A stretch of DNA of 64,000 bases, taken from contig OZ253461.1 of NCBI GenBank assembly GCA_965261615.1, positions 57,046 through 121,045 of the forward strand, read 5' to 3'. This DNA comes from Alphaproteobacteria bacterium (lineage in GTDB: Bacteria > Pseudomonadota > Alphaproteobacteria > Bin98). Within the stretch, counting starts at the first letter, position 1. The number at the start of each line of letters is the position of its first letter. This document shows, one piece after another, positions 20,046-29,300 of the stretch. Under the pieces are notes generated by a model. It was not told the origin of the DNA. It worked only from the letters and a program-made list of their open reading frames with translations, and did no database searches. A program made the translations under genes and the position numbers.

Positions 20046-20927
20046 ATGAATTTTATCCTTATTTTCACTCTATGCATATCAACCTACTCGATTGGCGCTA
20101 GTTCTCACGCAACCACTTCTATTTGGAATGAGTGGAGCGTGGAAGAGCTCGCCTACTTTTTGCAATTCAACAGTGCTATTGTAGAGAGTTGTTCAACCGC
20201 CTTGCAGTATAACTATAAAAGCACTCACGAGACAAGAATCAAGACAGCTCTAAGTCACTTACACCAGCAATACACCGAAGCAGTCGTATCTTGTGCTGAA
20301 GCATTTTATGACGCTTTATACCCCCAGGAGCACGCTAAGGCAAGTGACACAGAGCCTCTCAGCTATCAATCACTGCCCTCCTTCAGGAAAAGTGCGCTCT
20401 TCCAGAACGACAAGTTCCACCCCGAATTAGCCCGTTTAATAAAAAAGCATGCTAGCAAAGACGGCCCAACCTGGAACACCGACCTCCCCAGTGACTATTT
20501 TCCCTTCGCAATCCTCTCTGAAAATAGTTTTGGTAGCATTACACACATCACAATCCCACTTTATATTGCAAAAAAGGGCAGCCTTCAACAAACACACATA
20601 CACAAACATGACGCAGAGGTCTTGATCCCCACAGACAGCACATTAGCCTTAAGCAAACACGCACTACTGACCATAGAAACCGGAGCCATATTTATATTTG
20701 CAAAAATCGCCATTTCCCCTTTAACTAAAGCCCTGTCTCAGAAGCTATCTTTTACCGCATACGAAACAAAAAGATCGCCCACATCACCCTTAGAAGCACG
20801 TCCGCGTAGTCAACAGATAGAGCTCTGTCTCGCACAGCTCTATCAGCATCGCCCAAAGTCTTCTCCAAGCGCAACACCTGACCTTATAAGACCGGAGCCA
20901 CCCACAGCTACACTTATAAAATTTTAA
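20046..20927 (+). CDS. Family-A secreted paralog 1 (293 aa)
   Basis: Signal peptide MNFILIFTLCISTYSIGASSHA. Conserved blocks SCAEAFYDAL, LFQNDKFHPELARLIKKH, IPLYI, HIHKHDAEVLIPT, GAIFIFAKI, SFTAYETK, and a C-terminus IRPEPPTATLIKF. Confidence 0.7.
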   Translation: MNFILIFTLCISTYSIGASSHATTSIWNEWSVEELAYFLQFNSAIVESCSTALQYNYKSTHETRIKTALSHLHQQYTEAVVSCAEAFYDALYPQEHAKASDTEPLSYQSLPSFRKSALFQNDKFHPELARLIKKHASKDGPTWNTDLPSDYFPFAILSENSFGSITHITIPLYIAKKGSLQQTHIHKHDAEVLIPTDSTLALSKHALLTIETGAIFIFAKIAISPLTKALSQKLSFTAYETKRSPTSPLEARPRSQQIELCLAQLYQHRPKSSPSATPDLIRPEPPTATLIKF

Positions 20928-21084
20928 TAGATAATTTGGAAGGAAGCTACCCACCCTGTATACCCCCCAGATAAGGCCCCTACTGACAAGCCTTTTAGGT
21001 TTGAAAGCTTGCGCACACCGCCGGATATTCAGAGGCAGCGATAAAATAAGTTCCTTAACAGAGCTTTCTGTGATAAACTGCGTA

Positions 21085-22050
21085 ATGATGAATTTTACCC
21101 TTATTTTTACTCTATGCATATCAACCTACTCAATTGGCGCTAGTTCTCACACAACCACTTCTGTTTGGGATGGATGGGGCATAACAGAACTCGCAACCTT
21201 TTTGCGATGCAACAATCCTTGTCTCAAGTGTTTTTCAGCCGCCTTACAGTATAACTACAACAGTAAGCACGAAGACAATATCAAAGAGGCCCTAGGGCAC
21301 GTACACCGGCAGATCACCGAGGCGATAGAATCTTGCGCTAAAGCATTCTACAATGCTTTACGCCACCTCCCGGCCCCAAATACGGGAACCGCCTCTACTG
21401 AACACACCGCATTACTCTCCCGTCAACCATTGTCCGCCCATCAGTCATTGCCTGACCTCGAAGCAAGAGAGCTCTTCAAAAGTGGCATGATCCACCCAGA
21501 TTTAGATCGTTTAATAAAACAATATGCTAAAATACAGCCTTCTTGCTGGAACTCACGCCTCGACAACTTAACAAAATACTTTGAGTGCATAAAGTTCGAG
21601 CGAAGTAATGCTGAAAACATTTTACACATATCGCTTCCACTTTATATAGTAGACACGAACGACCATCAGTTAACACAAACACACATAAGCAAACGTGACG
21701 CAAACACCTTAATCCCCACAAACAGCACATTAGTTTTTAACTCAGACGCACTGCATGCCGCAAACACCGGAGCTATATTTGTATATGCAAAAATTACCGT
21801 TGACTCTCTATTGAGACTCTTGGGTAAGAAACTATCTTTTATCGCATATGAGACAAAAGCATCGCCGACATCACCTCTAAAAGCAAGACCAGAAGACGCA
21901 AAGTTTGCCCAAAGGATACAGGAAGAGTGCGAATACCTAACCCAACTCAGCACCCCCCCAAAGCACTCCCTCAAGGAAGCACCAGAGCAAGCATCGAACA
22001 CCACCAGGCAGGAGCCACCAACAGATACACTGATAGCCATTGACTCTTAG
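21085..22050 (+). CDS. Family-A secreted paralog 2
   Basis: MMNFTLIFTLCISTYSIGASSHT... with SCAKAFYNAL, LFKSGMIHPDLDRLIKQ, LPLYI, THISKRDANTLIPT, GAIFVYAKI, SFIAYETK, and a C-terminus TRQEPPTDTLIAIDS. Confidence 0.7.
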   Translation: MMNFTLIFTLCISTYSIGASSHTTTSVWDGWGITELATFLRCNNPCLKCFSAALQYNYNSKHEDNIKEALGHVHRQITEAIESCAKAFYNALRHLPAPNTGTASTEHTALLSRQPLSAHQSLPDLEARELFKSGMIHPDLDRLIKQYAKIQPSCWNSRLDNLTKYFECIKFERSNAENILHISLPLYIVDTNDHQLTQTHISKRDANTLIPTNSTLVFNSDALHAANTGAIFVYAKITVDSLLRLLGKKLSFIAYETKASPTSPLKARPEDAKFAQRIQEECEYLTQLSTPPKHSLKEAPEQASNTTRQEPPTDTLIAIDS

Positions 22051-22185
22051 ACAGGTTTCCCCCATACACCTCGTCCTGCAAGGGACGGCCTGTTCTCCAT
22101 GCGACATCTCGGGCATCACAACAAACCGCATATCCCAAAACACATATAAACTTGACTTTCTGTGCGTTTAAAGTATAATAAGGTT

Positions 22186-23151
22186 ATGATGAAATTTATG
22201 TTTATTGTTACACTACTCATTTCTACTTGCTCTGTCGCAGCTAGTATAGAGCCCCCCTCGTCAAAGTGGGAAGGGTGGGACCTACCAAATCTAGCTACAT
22301 TTTTAAAAACATTCGCAACTCCCGTTACGGCTCTTTCGCACGCCTTGGAGCATCCCAGTTTAGAGGCCTCCACTTCAGAGCAAGAGGGATGGGGTTTAGT
22401 CAATCTAACTACGAGTTTAAGACAATACGCACCTCCCATTAATTATCTGTTGGACTCACTGGGTTGCCCCAATCAGTCTAAGCACTCGAAAAACATAAAA
22501 GAAGCACTCACAGCTCAACTCCAGTGCACCACCCAGTATGTAGAATCCTGCGCCAAAGCATTCTATGCTTTATACCTCCAAACACAGTATAAAAACTCCT
22601 CTAATGAAACAACACCATTACTTACCGGTCAACCATTGATAGCCTTAGATGAGAGTGAACTCTTCAAAAATGCTGAGCTTCACCCAACACTCTCCAATTT
22701 AATTGAAGAGTACGCATGCCCAACGTTTACTGACGTCAAGCCACACCCCGCCCAATTAGGAGACCCCTTTCCTTGCGTAAGATACTGTAGCGATGCAAAG
22801 GCTCAAACCGCAAGCATCGGAGTCCCTCTGTATATATTAGAAAAACACATACTCTATCTACAAAAAACCCACCTAGATATACAAACGGCAGATGCCTTGA
22901 TTCCCACAAGCAGCCCTCCCGCAACTATCGAGAGCGCGCTCTGCTCAGTATACTCCGGTGCCGTATTTATATATGCAGTTGTCCCCATTGCGCCCCGCTC
23001 TTCCATATCGTTTATCGCATACGAAACACAACCTCATCCTGAATCACCTCTACATGAAATCTCTGAAAACCACACAGAATTCAGAAAAGCAATAGAGCGC
23101 TGTGTACAGTCCCAGCATCAGATTTATGTATCTCAATTGAACCACCAATAG
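22186..23151 (+). CDS. Family-A secreted paralog 3 (divergent)
   Basis: MMKFMFIVTLLISTCSVAAS... with SCAKAFYALY, LFKNAELHPTLSNLIEEY, VPLYI, GAVFIYAV, SFIAYETQ. Confidence 0.65.
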   Translation: MMKFMFIVTLLISTCSVAASIEPPSSKWEGWDLPNLATFLKTFATPVTALSHALEHPSLEASTSEQEGWGLVNLTTSLRQYAPPINYLLDSLGCPNQSKHSKNIKEALTAQLQCTTQYVESCAKAFYALYLQTQYKNSSNETTPLLTGQPLIALDESELFKNAELHPTLSNLIEEYACPTFTDVKPHPAQLGDPFPCVRYCSDAKAQTASIGVPLYILEKHILYLQKTHLDIQTADALIPTSSPPATIESALCSVYSGAVFIYAVVPIAPRSSISFIAYETQPHPESPLHEISENHTEFRKAIERCVQSQHQIYVSQLNHQ

Positions 23152-23347
23152 TTATACTTATCGGACTCTAATTGAATAGTCTGGGGCGTTTCCCCCCGTT
23201 TAATGGTGGGTACGCCCTAGATCAGGCTCCCACTGCCAAGCCTTTTTGATTTGAAAGCTTGCGCATGCTACCGAAAGGATGAGCAAATACAGCAAAAATA
23301 TAAACTAAGTAGGGGGCTAGCATTTTTTGTGATATAACTACTGTACG

Positions 23348-24187
23348 ATGAAATTTATACTTATATTTACACTATTCATATCAGGCTACTCTGTCGCAGC
23401 TAGTTCAGACGCATACTCTTCAGTGTGGACAGGATGGGGCGTCGCAGATCTCGCAACCTTTTTAAAATACAACAGTGGTTGTGTAAACAGTTTGTCAGTC
23501 GCCTTACAACATAAATATAACAGTGATCATGAATCAAACATCAAGGAAGCTCTAACGCACTTACACCAGCAATACACCGATGCAGTAGTGTCTTGCGCTA
23601 AAGCATTTTATGACTCTTTATTCCTCCAAGAGAAGACTACACTCAGCTACCAACCACTACCTTCCTTCAAGAAAAATGATCTTTTTAAAAACGACAAATT
23701 CCACCCGGACTTAGAGCGTTTAATAAAAAAACACAGCACAAAGAGTCCAGTGTGGAACCCTCGCCTCAACGAATTACAAGACTACTACCACCGATTAAGG
23801 GTCTATCGAAATACTTTGCGCGAGGTGACACACATCGAGATTCCACTTTATATAGAAAGCAAGAGCAACCATCAGTTAACGCACAGACACATAAGCAAAC
23901 GTGACGCAAGTGCCTTGAACCCGACATCAAGAACATTAGCTTTTACAAAAGATGCACAGCTTACCGCACACAACGGGGCTACATTTATATTTGCAAGAAT
24001 CGCCGTCCACCCTATGAGTTTTTCTCTGCGGTTTAAACGCCTTTCATTTACCGCATACGAAACACAATCTCAGCCTGAATCACCCCTAAAGGCAAGCCCA
24101 GAAGACATAGGGTTTTGCAAACTAGTCGCACAAGAGTGCGAAGCACTAGCGAAGCACAGCAAAACCACAAGTCGAATCTACAGATAG
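23348..24187 (+). CDS. Family-A secreted paralog 4
   Basis: MKFILIFTLFISGYSVAASSDA... with SCAKAFYDSL, LFKNDKFHPDLERLIKKH, IPLYI, RHISKRDASAL, GATFIFARI, SFTAYETQ. Confidence 0.7.
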   Translation: MKFILIFTLFISGYSVAASSDAYSSVWTGWGVADLATFLKYNSGCVNSLSVALQHKYNSDHESNIKEALTHLHQQYTDAVVSCAKAFYDSLFLQEKTTLSYQPLPSFKKNDLFKNDKFHPDLERLIKKHSTKSPVWNPRLNELQDYYHRLRVYRNTLREVTHIEIPLYIESKSNHQLTHRHISKRDASALNPTSRTLAFTKDAQLTAHNGATFIFARIAVHPMSFSLRFKRLSFTAYETQSQPESPLKASPEDIGFCKLVAQECEALAKHSKTTSRIYR

Positions 24188-24364
24188 GCACTTATAGGCA
24201 TTTAATTGGATAATTTGGGACATTTTCCCCCCGTTTAGTGGTGGGTACGCCCTAGATCAGGCTCCCATTGCCAAGCCTTTTAGCTTTGAAAGCTTCATAG
24301 GATGACAAGCACATCAAATACATTATGTGGACTTTTAGAGTGTTCTATGCTATAAGTTGTTACT

Positions 24365-25243
24365 ATGAAGCTGATCCTTATATTGACACTATTTATATCT
24401 ACCTATTCTATCGGCGCTAGTTCACACGCAGCCACTTCAGTTTGGAGTGGGTGGAACATAGAAGAGCTCGCCTCCTTTTTACAAAGCAAACAGGCTGTAC
24501 TAAAGAGTTGTTCAGCCGCCTTGCAGTATAACTATGAAAGTGATCACGGGCCAAACATCAAGGAAGCCCTAAGGCACTTACACAGGCAATACACCGAAGC
24601 CGTCGTATCTTGCGCTAAAGCATTTTATACTGCATGCACCCAAGAACAGGAGGGCAAATCTTCCACCACTCACAGCACGTCGTTACTCCCCCGCAAGTCA
24701 TTACCACGCTTAGAGGAAAAAGAACTCTTCAAAAATGGCAAGTTCCATCCCGCCTTAGCCCGCTTAATACAGGCACATGATATCCAAGAACACGAGTCTT
24801 GGAACGGGCGCCTCGACCACTTAACTGACCATTTCTCAGCCATGTCTTTCATTACAGATGGTTTTGACGACATTACGCACATCTGTATTCCACTTTACAT
24901 AATAGACAAGAGCAGCCACCGGTTAACGCAAACGCATATAAGCAAAAGTGACGCAAACATCTTGCTCTCCATAAAAAGCCCATTAGCCTTTAACAAAGAA
25001 GCGCTGCTTACCGCACACACCGGTGCCGTATTTATATATGCACAAATCGCCGTTAACTTTTGGCATAGAACCCTGTGTAAGCGCCTGTCGTTTATCGCAT
25101 ACGAAACACAACCTCATCCTGAATCACCTCTACAGGAAATCTCTGAAGACGACACAAATCGTCGCCAAGAAATAGAGAAAGAAGTCCAACATCTAAGAAA
25201 GATCAGAGACGCCTCAGAGCCACCCACAGATGCACTTAATTAA
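24365..25243 (+). CDS. Family-A secreted paralog 5
   Basis: MKLILILTLFISTYSIGASSHA... with SCAKAFYTAC, LFKNGKFHPALARLIQAH, IPLYI, THISKSDANIL, GAVFIYAQI, SFIAYETQ. Confidence 0.7.
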   Translation: MKLILILTLFISTYSIGASSHAATSVWSGWNIEELASFLQSKQAVLKSCSAALQYNYESDHGPNIKEALRHLHRQYTEAVVSCAKAFYTACTQEQEGKSSTTHSTSLLPRKSLPRLEEKELFKNGKFHPALARLIQAHDIQEHESWNGRLDHLTDHFSAMSFITDGFDDITHICIPLYIIDKSSHRLTQTHISKSDANILLSIKSPLAFNKEALLTAHTGAVFIYAQIAVNFWHRTLCKRLSFIAYETQPHPESPLQEISEDDTNRRQEIEKEVQHLRKIRDASEPPTDALN

Positions 25244-25284
25244 CTTCAGTTAGATTAAAATTTTCTGTGATATAATCTCACACG

Positions 25285-26235
25285 ATGAAATTTATACTCA
25301 TATTTACACTCTTCCTCTCAACTTATTCTATCGGTGCTAGTTCACATGCAGACGATTCTGTTTGGGAGGAATGGAGTGTAACAGAACTCGCCAATTTTTT
25401 GAGGGACAAAAGCAGTATGCTGAACTGCTTTTCAGTGGCCTTACAACGTAGCTATGCAAATGATCACGAGGATAATATCAAGCAAGCTCTGACACACCTG
25501 CATCAGAAACATACCCAAGCGTTAGAGTCGTGTGCTGGAGCGTTCTACCGTACTTTACTCCTCCAAAATCCAAATACGACAACAAACTCTTCTGCACACT
25601 CAACATTACTCCCCCGCAAACCACTGCCGCTCTTAGACGAAAGTGAGCTCTTCAAAAACGGTAAATTTCACCCCGATTTCGCTCGCTTAGTAAAAAAACA
25701 TTGCAGCAGAGAGCGCTCTACCTACAACACACGCCTTATCCACGAACAAGACTACCTGCCCTTCATTGCCTGCATCCGCAATATTTATGGCGAAATTATA
25801 TACATGGAAATCCCTCTTTATATAATAAACAAGAGCAGCCATCAATTCACACACACTCACATAAGCAAACGTAACGCAAAAACTTTAATCCCCAAAGAGG
25901 GCACACCGTCTTTTCTAAAAAGCGCTCTATCCACAACACACACCGGGGCCATATTTATATTTGCAAAAATCTCCTTTCGCTCTCTCTTTAACACTCTATC
26001 TTTTAGCGCATATGAAACAAAGGCATCACCTACTGCACGCCTCAAAGCACGACCAAAAGACAAGGAATTTAGCAAAACAATAGAGCAAGGGCTCGACTAT
26101 CTAGCAAAGATGTTAAAAAAAGCAGAAACATCGAGCCCTCAGAAACACCCAGGGCCTTCTCCCAGCACCACCTCTAAGAAAACACCTGACATCACAAGAC
26201 AAGAGCCACCAACAGGTGTACTTATAAACTTTTAG
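25285..26235 (+). CDS. Family-A secreted paralog 6
   Basis: MKFILIFTLFLSTYSIGASSHA... with SCAGAFYRTL, LFKNGKFHPDFARLVKKH, IPLYI, THISKRNAKTL, GAIFIFAKI, SFSAYETK, and a C-terminus ITRQEPPTGVLINF. Confidence 0.7.
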   Translation: MKFILIFTLFLSTYSIGASSHADDSVWEEWSVTELANFLRDKSSMLNCFSVALQRSYANDHEDNIKQALTHLHQKHTQALESCAGAFYRTLLLQNPNTTTNSSAHSTLLPRKPLPLLDESELFKNGKFHPDFARLVKKHCSRERSTYNTRLIHEQDYLPFIACIRNIYGEIIYMEIPLYIINKSSHQFTHTHISKRNAKTLIPKEGTPSFLKSALSTTHTGAIFIFAKISFRSLFNTLSFSAYETKASPTARLKARPKDKEFSKTIEQGLDYLAKMLKKAETSSPQKHPGPSPSTTSKKTPDITRQEPPTGVLINF

Positions 26236-26271
26236 TTGCCCCCCCCTTTTTCTCTGTGATACACTTATGCG

Positions 26272-27201
26272 ATGAAATTTATACTTATATTTACCCTATT
26301 CATATCAACCTATTCTATAGCCGCCAGTTCACACGCAAACGATTCTATTTGGGAGGGGTGGAGCACAACAGAAATCGCTTCCCTTTTAAGACGCACCATG
26401 CCTTGTGTAGACGCTGTTTCATCCGCCTTGCGGTATAACTATAAAAGTGATCATGAGACAAGCATCAAGAAAGCTCTAGAACACCTCCACCAGCAAAACA
26501 CCAAAATCGTAGAATCTTGTGCTCAAGCGCTCTACGAAACTTTACTTCTCCAAGAGCAAGCAAAGGCAAGCAAAACAACACCTCCCAGCAGCTATCAACC
26601 ACTGCCATCCTTCAAGAAAAGCGATCTCTTCAAAGCGGGCAAACTCCACCCCAGCTTATCTCGTTTCATAAAACAGCATGGGAACAAAGACACACATAAA
26701 TGGAACCCAAAACTCAACCACTTAAGAAACTATTTTAAGGTAGGGTTCACTCCAAACGCTAATGGCGAAATTATAGAAGTGGAACTCCCTCTTTATATAA
26801 TAAAAAAGAACGACTGTCAGTTAACGCAAACGCACATAAGCAAACGTGACGCAAACACCTTAATCTCCACAGACAGCACATTAGCCTTTGTCAAAGACGC
26901 TCTACAAACCACAGAAACAGGAGCCATATTTATATATGCTAAAATCACCCTTCAGCCTCTATTGAGACTGCTGAATGGAACCTGCTCTTTTTCCGCATAT
27001 GAAACAAAACCATCTCCCCTATCACGCCTAAAAGCACGCCCAAAAGACATACAATTTAGCAAAGAAATAGAGCAAGCGTGCGCAGATCTAGCAAAGATCA
27101 GCAAAAAAGAAATAAGTCGGCCCCCCAGCAGAACACCTGAGCCCACGACTGACGTCACAAGGCCAGAGCTACCAACCGGTATACTTATAACTTTTTGTTA
27201 G
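26272..27201 (+). CDS. Family-A secreted paralog 7
   Basis: MKFILIFTLFISTYSIAASSHA... with SCAQALYETL, LFKAGKLHPSLSRFIKQH, LPLYI, THISKRDANTL, GAIFIYAKI, SFSAYETK, and a C-terminus TRPELPTGILITFC. Confidence 0.7.
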   Translation: MKFILIFTLFISTYSIAASSHANDSIWEGWSTTEIASLLRRTMPCVDAVSSALRYNYKSDHETSIKKALEHLHQQNTKIVESCAQALYETLLLQEQAKASKTTPPSSYQPLPSFKKSDLFKAGKLHPSLSRFIKQHGNKDTHKWNPKLNHLRNYFKVGFTPNANGEIIEVELPLYIIKKNDCQLTQTHISKRDANTLISTDSTLAFVKDALQTTETGAIFIYAKITLQPLLRLLNGTCSFSAYETKPSPLSRLKARPKDIQFSKEIEQACADLAKISKKEISRPPSRTPEPTTDVTRPELPTGILITFC

Positions 27202-27230
27202 ATTTAAAATTTTCTGTGATACAGTACATC

Positions 27231-28160
27231 ATGAAATTTATACTTATATTTACCCTATTCATATCAACCTATTCTATCGGCGCTAGTTCACATGCAGCTA
27301 CTTCAGCCTGGGAAGGGTGGAGCGTAACAGAACTCGCAACATTTTTACAATACAACAGTCGTCGTATAAACGGCCTTTCAACTGCCTTACAATATAAATT
27401 TAACAGCACTCATGCGACAAACATCAAGGAAGCTCTAGCGAACTTGCACCGGCAATACACCGATGCGGTAGTGTCTTGCGCTAAAGCATTTTATGATGCT
27501 TTATTCCTCCAAGAAAAGACTGTACTCAGCTATCAACCACTACCTGCCTTCAAGAAAGATGATCTTTTTAAAAACGACAAATTCCACCCGGACTTAGAGC
27601 GTTTAATAAAAAAACACAGCACACAGAGCCCAATGTGGAACCCTTGCCTCGACGAATTACAAGACTACTTCAACCACGTAGGGGTACTCCATAATGACTC
27701 TCACGAGATAACATACATCGAAATTCCACTTTATATAGAAAGCAAGAGCAGCCATCAGCTAACACAAAAACATATAAGCAAACGTGACGTAAATGCCTTG
27801 AGCCCTACAGAACGCACATTAGCTTTTAACAAAGACGCTCTACGAACCACAGACACCGGCGCCGTATTTATATATGCAAAAATCGCGGTCCACCCTATGA
27901 AAATTCTGTTTAAGACCCTGTCTTTTATAGCATATGAAACAAAGCCATCTCCCACATCACCCCTAAAGGCACGCCCAAAAGACATGGCATTTTGCCAAAA
28001 AATGGAGAAAAAGTGCGCAGAGCTAGCAAAGCTCAGCAAAAAAATAAATGAGTCCGCCTCCCAGCAACAACCCGATCCTTCCTCAAAAAGCACAACCCCT
28101 GAGGAAACGTCTGACATCACAAGGCAGGAGCCACCAACAGGTATACTTGTAAACTTTTAG
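27231..28160 (+). CDS. Family-A secreted paralog 8
   Basis: MKFILIFTLFISTYSIGASSHA... with SCAKAFYDAL, LFKNDKFHPDLERLIKKH, IPLYI, KHISKRDVNAL, GAVFIYAKI, SFIAYETK, and a C-terminus ...KINESASQQQPDPSS...SDITRQEPPTGILVNF. Confidence 0.7.
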   Translation: MKFILIFTLFISTYSIGASSHAATSAWEGWSVTELATFLQYNSRRINGLSTALQYKFNSTHATNIKEALANLHRQYTDAVVSCAKAFYDALFLQEKTVLSYQPLPAFKKDDLFKNDKFHPDLERLIKKHSTQSPMWNPCLDELQDYFNHVGVLHNDSHEITYIEIPLYIESKSSHQLTQKHISKRDVNALSPTERTLAFNKDALRTTDTGAVFIYAKIAVHPMKILFKTLSFIAYETKPSPTSPLKARPKDMAFCQKMEKKCAELAKLSKKINESASQQQPDPSSKSTTPEETSDITRQEPPTGILVNF

Positions 28161-29300
28161 TTGGATAATCTGGGGCGTTATCCACCTTGTAATTAACAAG
28201 GTGGAGGCACCTTATATATGACCACACACTTACGGTTTTCATTTCACCCACTGCAAATGCAGAGACCCAACTATAGCCAAAACATAAACTAACTTGTCTT
28301 ACGGCCTGATCTATGATAATATCTCTCCATGATGCAACTTATACTTATATTTACCCTCTTCATATCAACCTATTCTGTGGCCGCCAGTTCACAGGAAGAC
28401 GGTTCTATTTGGGAGGGATGGAACACAGCAGATCTTGCCTCCTTTTTAAGACGCGTCGTGCCTTGTGTAGACGCTATTTCATCCGCCTTGCAGTATAACT
28501 ATAACAATAAGCATGAGCAACACATCAAGAAAGCTCTAACGCACCTCCACCAGCAAAACACCAAAGCCGTAGAGTCTTGTGCTCATGCGCTCTACGATGC
28601 TTTATTCCTCCAAGAGCAAGCCAAGGAAGGTGCAACAACACCTCTCAGCAGCTATCAACAACTGCCCTCCTTCAAGAAAAGTGAGCTCTTCAAAGCGGGC
28701 AAACTCCACCCCAGATTATCTCGTTTCATAAAACAGCATGGGAGCAACAAAAGACATCTGGGCAACCCACAACTCGACAGCTTAACGGACTATTTTTGTG
28801 GGGCATATTTCACTCCAAACGCCGCTGGCGAAATTATAGAAGTGGAAATCCCTCTTTATATAATAAAAAAGAACGACTGTCCATTAACGCAAACGCACAT
28901 AAGCACACACGACGCAAACACCTTAACCCCAGGCACATTAGTCTGGAACCAAGACGCTCTACTAACAACAGAAACCGGAGCCATATTTATATATGCAAAA
29001 ATCAACCTTCCACCTCTGTTGAGACTCTTTAGTGGAACCTGCTCTTTTGCTGCATATGAAACAAAACCATCTCCCACACCACGCCTAAAAGCAAGCCCAG
29101 AAGGCATAAAATTCAGCCAGAAAATAGAGCAAAAGTGCGCATATCTAGCAACGCTCAGCATAGAACAAAGATCAGCAGCACAAAGATCAATGAGTCGGCC
29201 CCCCAGCCACAACCAGACCCTTCCTCAAGAAGCATAACTCCTGAGCAAACGTCTGACATCACAAGGCAGGAGCCACCAACAGGTATACTTATAGAATTTT
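28161..29300. repeat. Copy 1 of a ~1.14 kb near-identical tandem duplication (intergenic element plus a family-A gene)
   Basis: 28161-29300 is ~99% identical to 29301-~30440. The two begin ttggataatctggggcgttatccaccttgtaattaacaaggtgg and ttgaataatctggggcgttatccacctttaattaacaaggtgg respectively. Confidence 0.8.
28329..29237 (+). CDS. Family-A secreted paralog 9, C-terminus frameshifted relative to its duplicate
   Basis: MMQLILIFTLFISTYSVAASSQ... The protein is identical to the first module of 29470..32319 until ~29160. There a ~16-nt deletion inside the 84-bp linker repeat shifts the frame. The ORF then ends ...SMSRPPSHNQTLPQEA*, while the canonical family C-terminus (SDITRQEPPTGILIEF*) lies in another frame and ends at ~29301. 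Confidence 0.6.
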   Translation: MMQLILIFTLFISTYSVAASSQEDGSIWEGWNTADLASFLRRVVPCVDAISSALQYNYNNKHEQHIKKALTHLHQQNTKAVESCAHALYDALFLQEQAKEGATTPLSSYQQLPSFKKSELFKAGKLHPRLSRFIKQHGSNKRHLGNPQLDSLTDYFCGAYFTPNAAGEIIEVEIPLYIIKKNDCPLTQTHISTHDANTLTPGTLVWNQDALLTTETGAIFIYAKINLPPLLRLFSGTCSFAAYETKPSPTPRLKASPEGIKFSQKIEQKCAYLATLSIEQRSAAQRSMSRPPSHNQTLPQEA

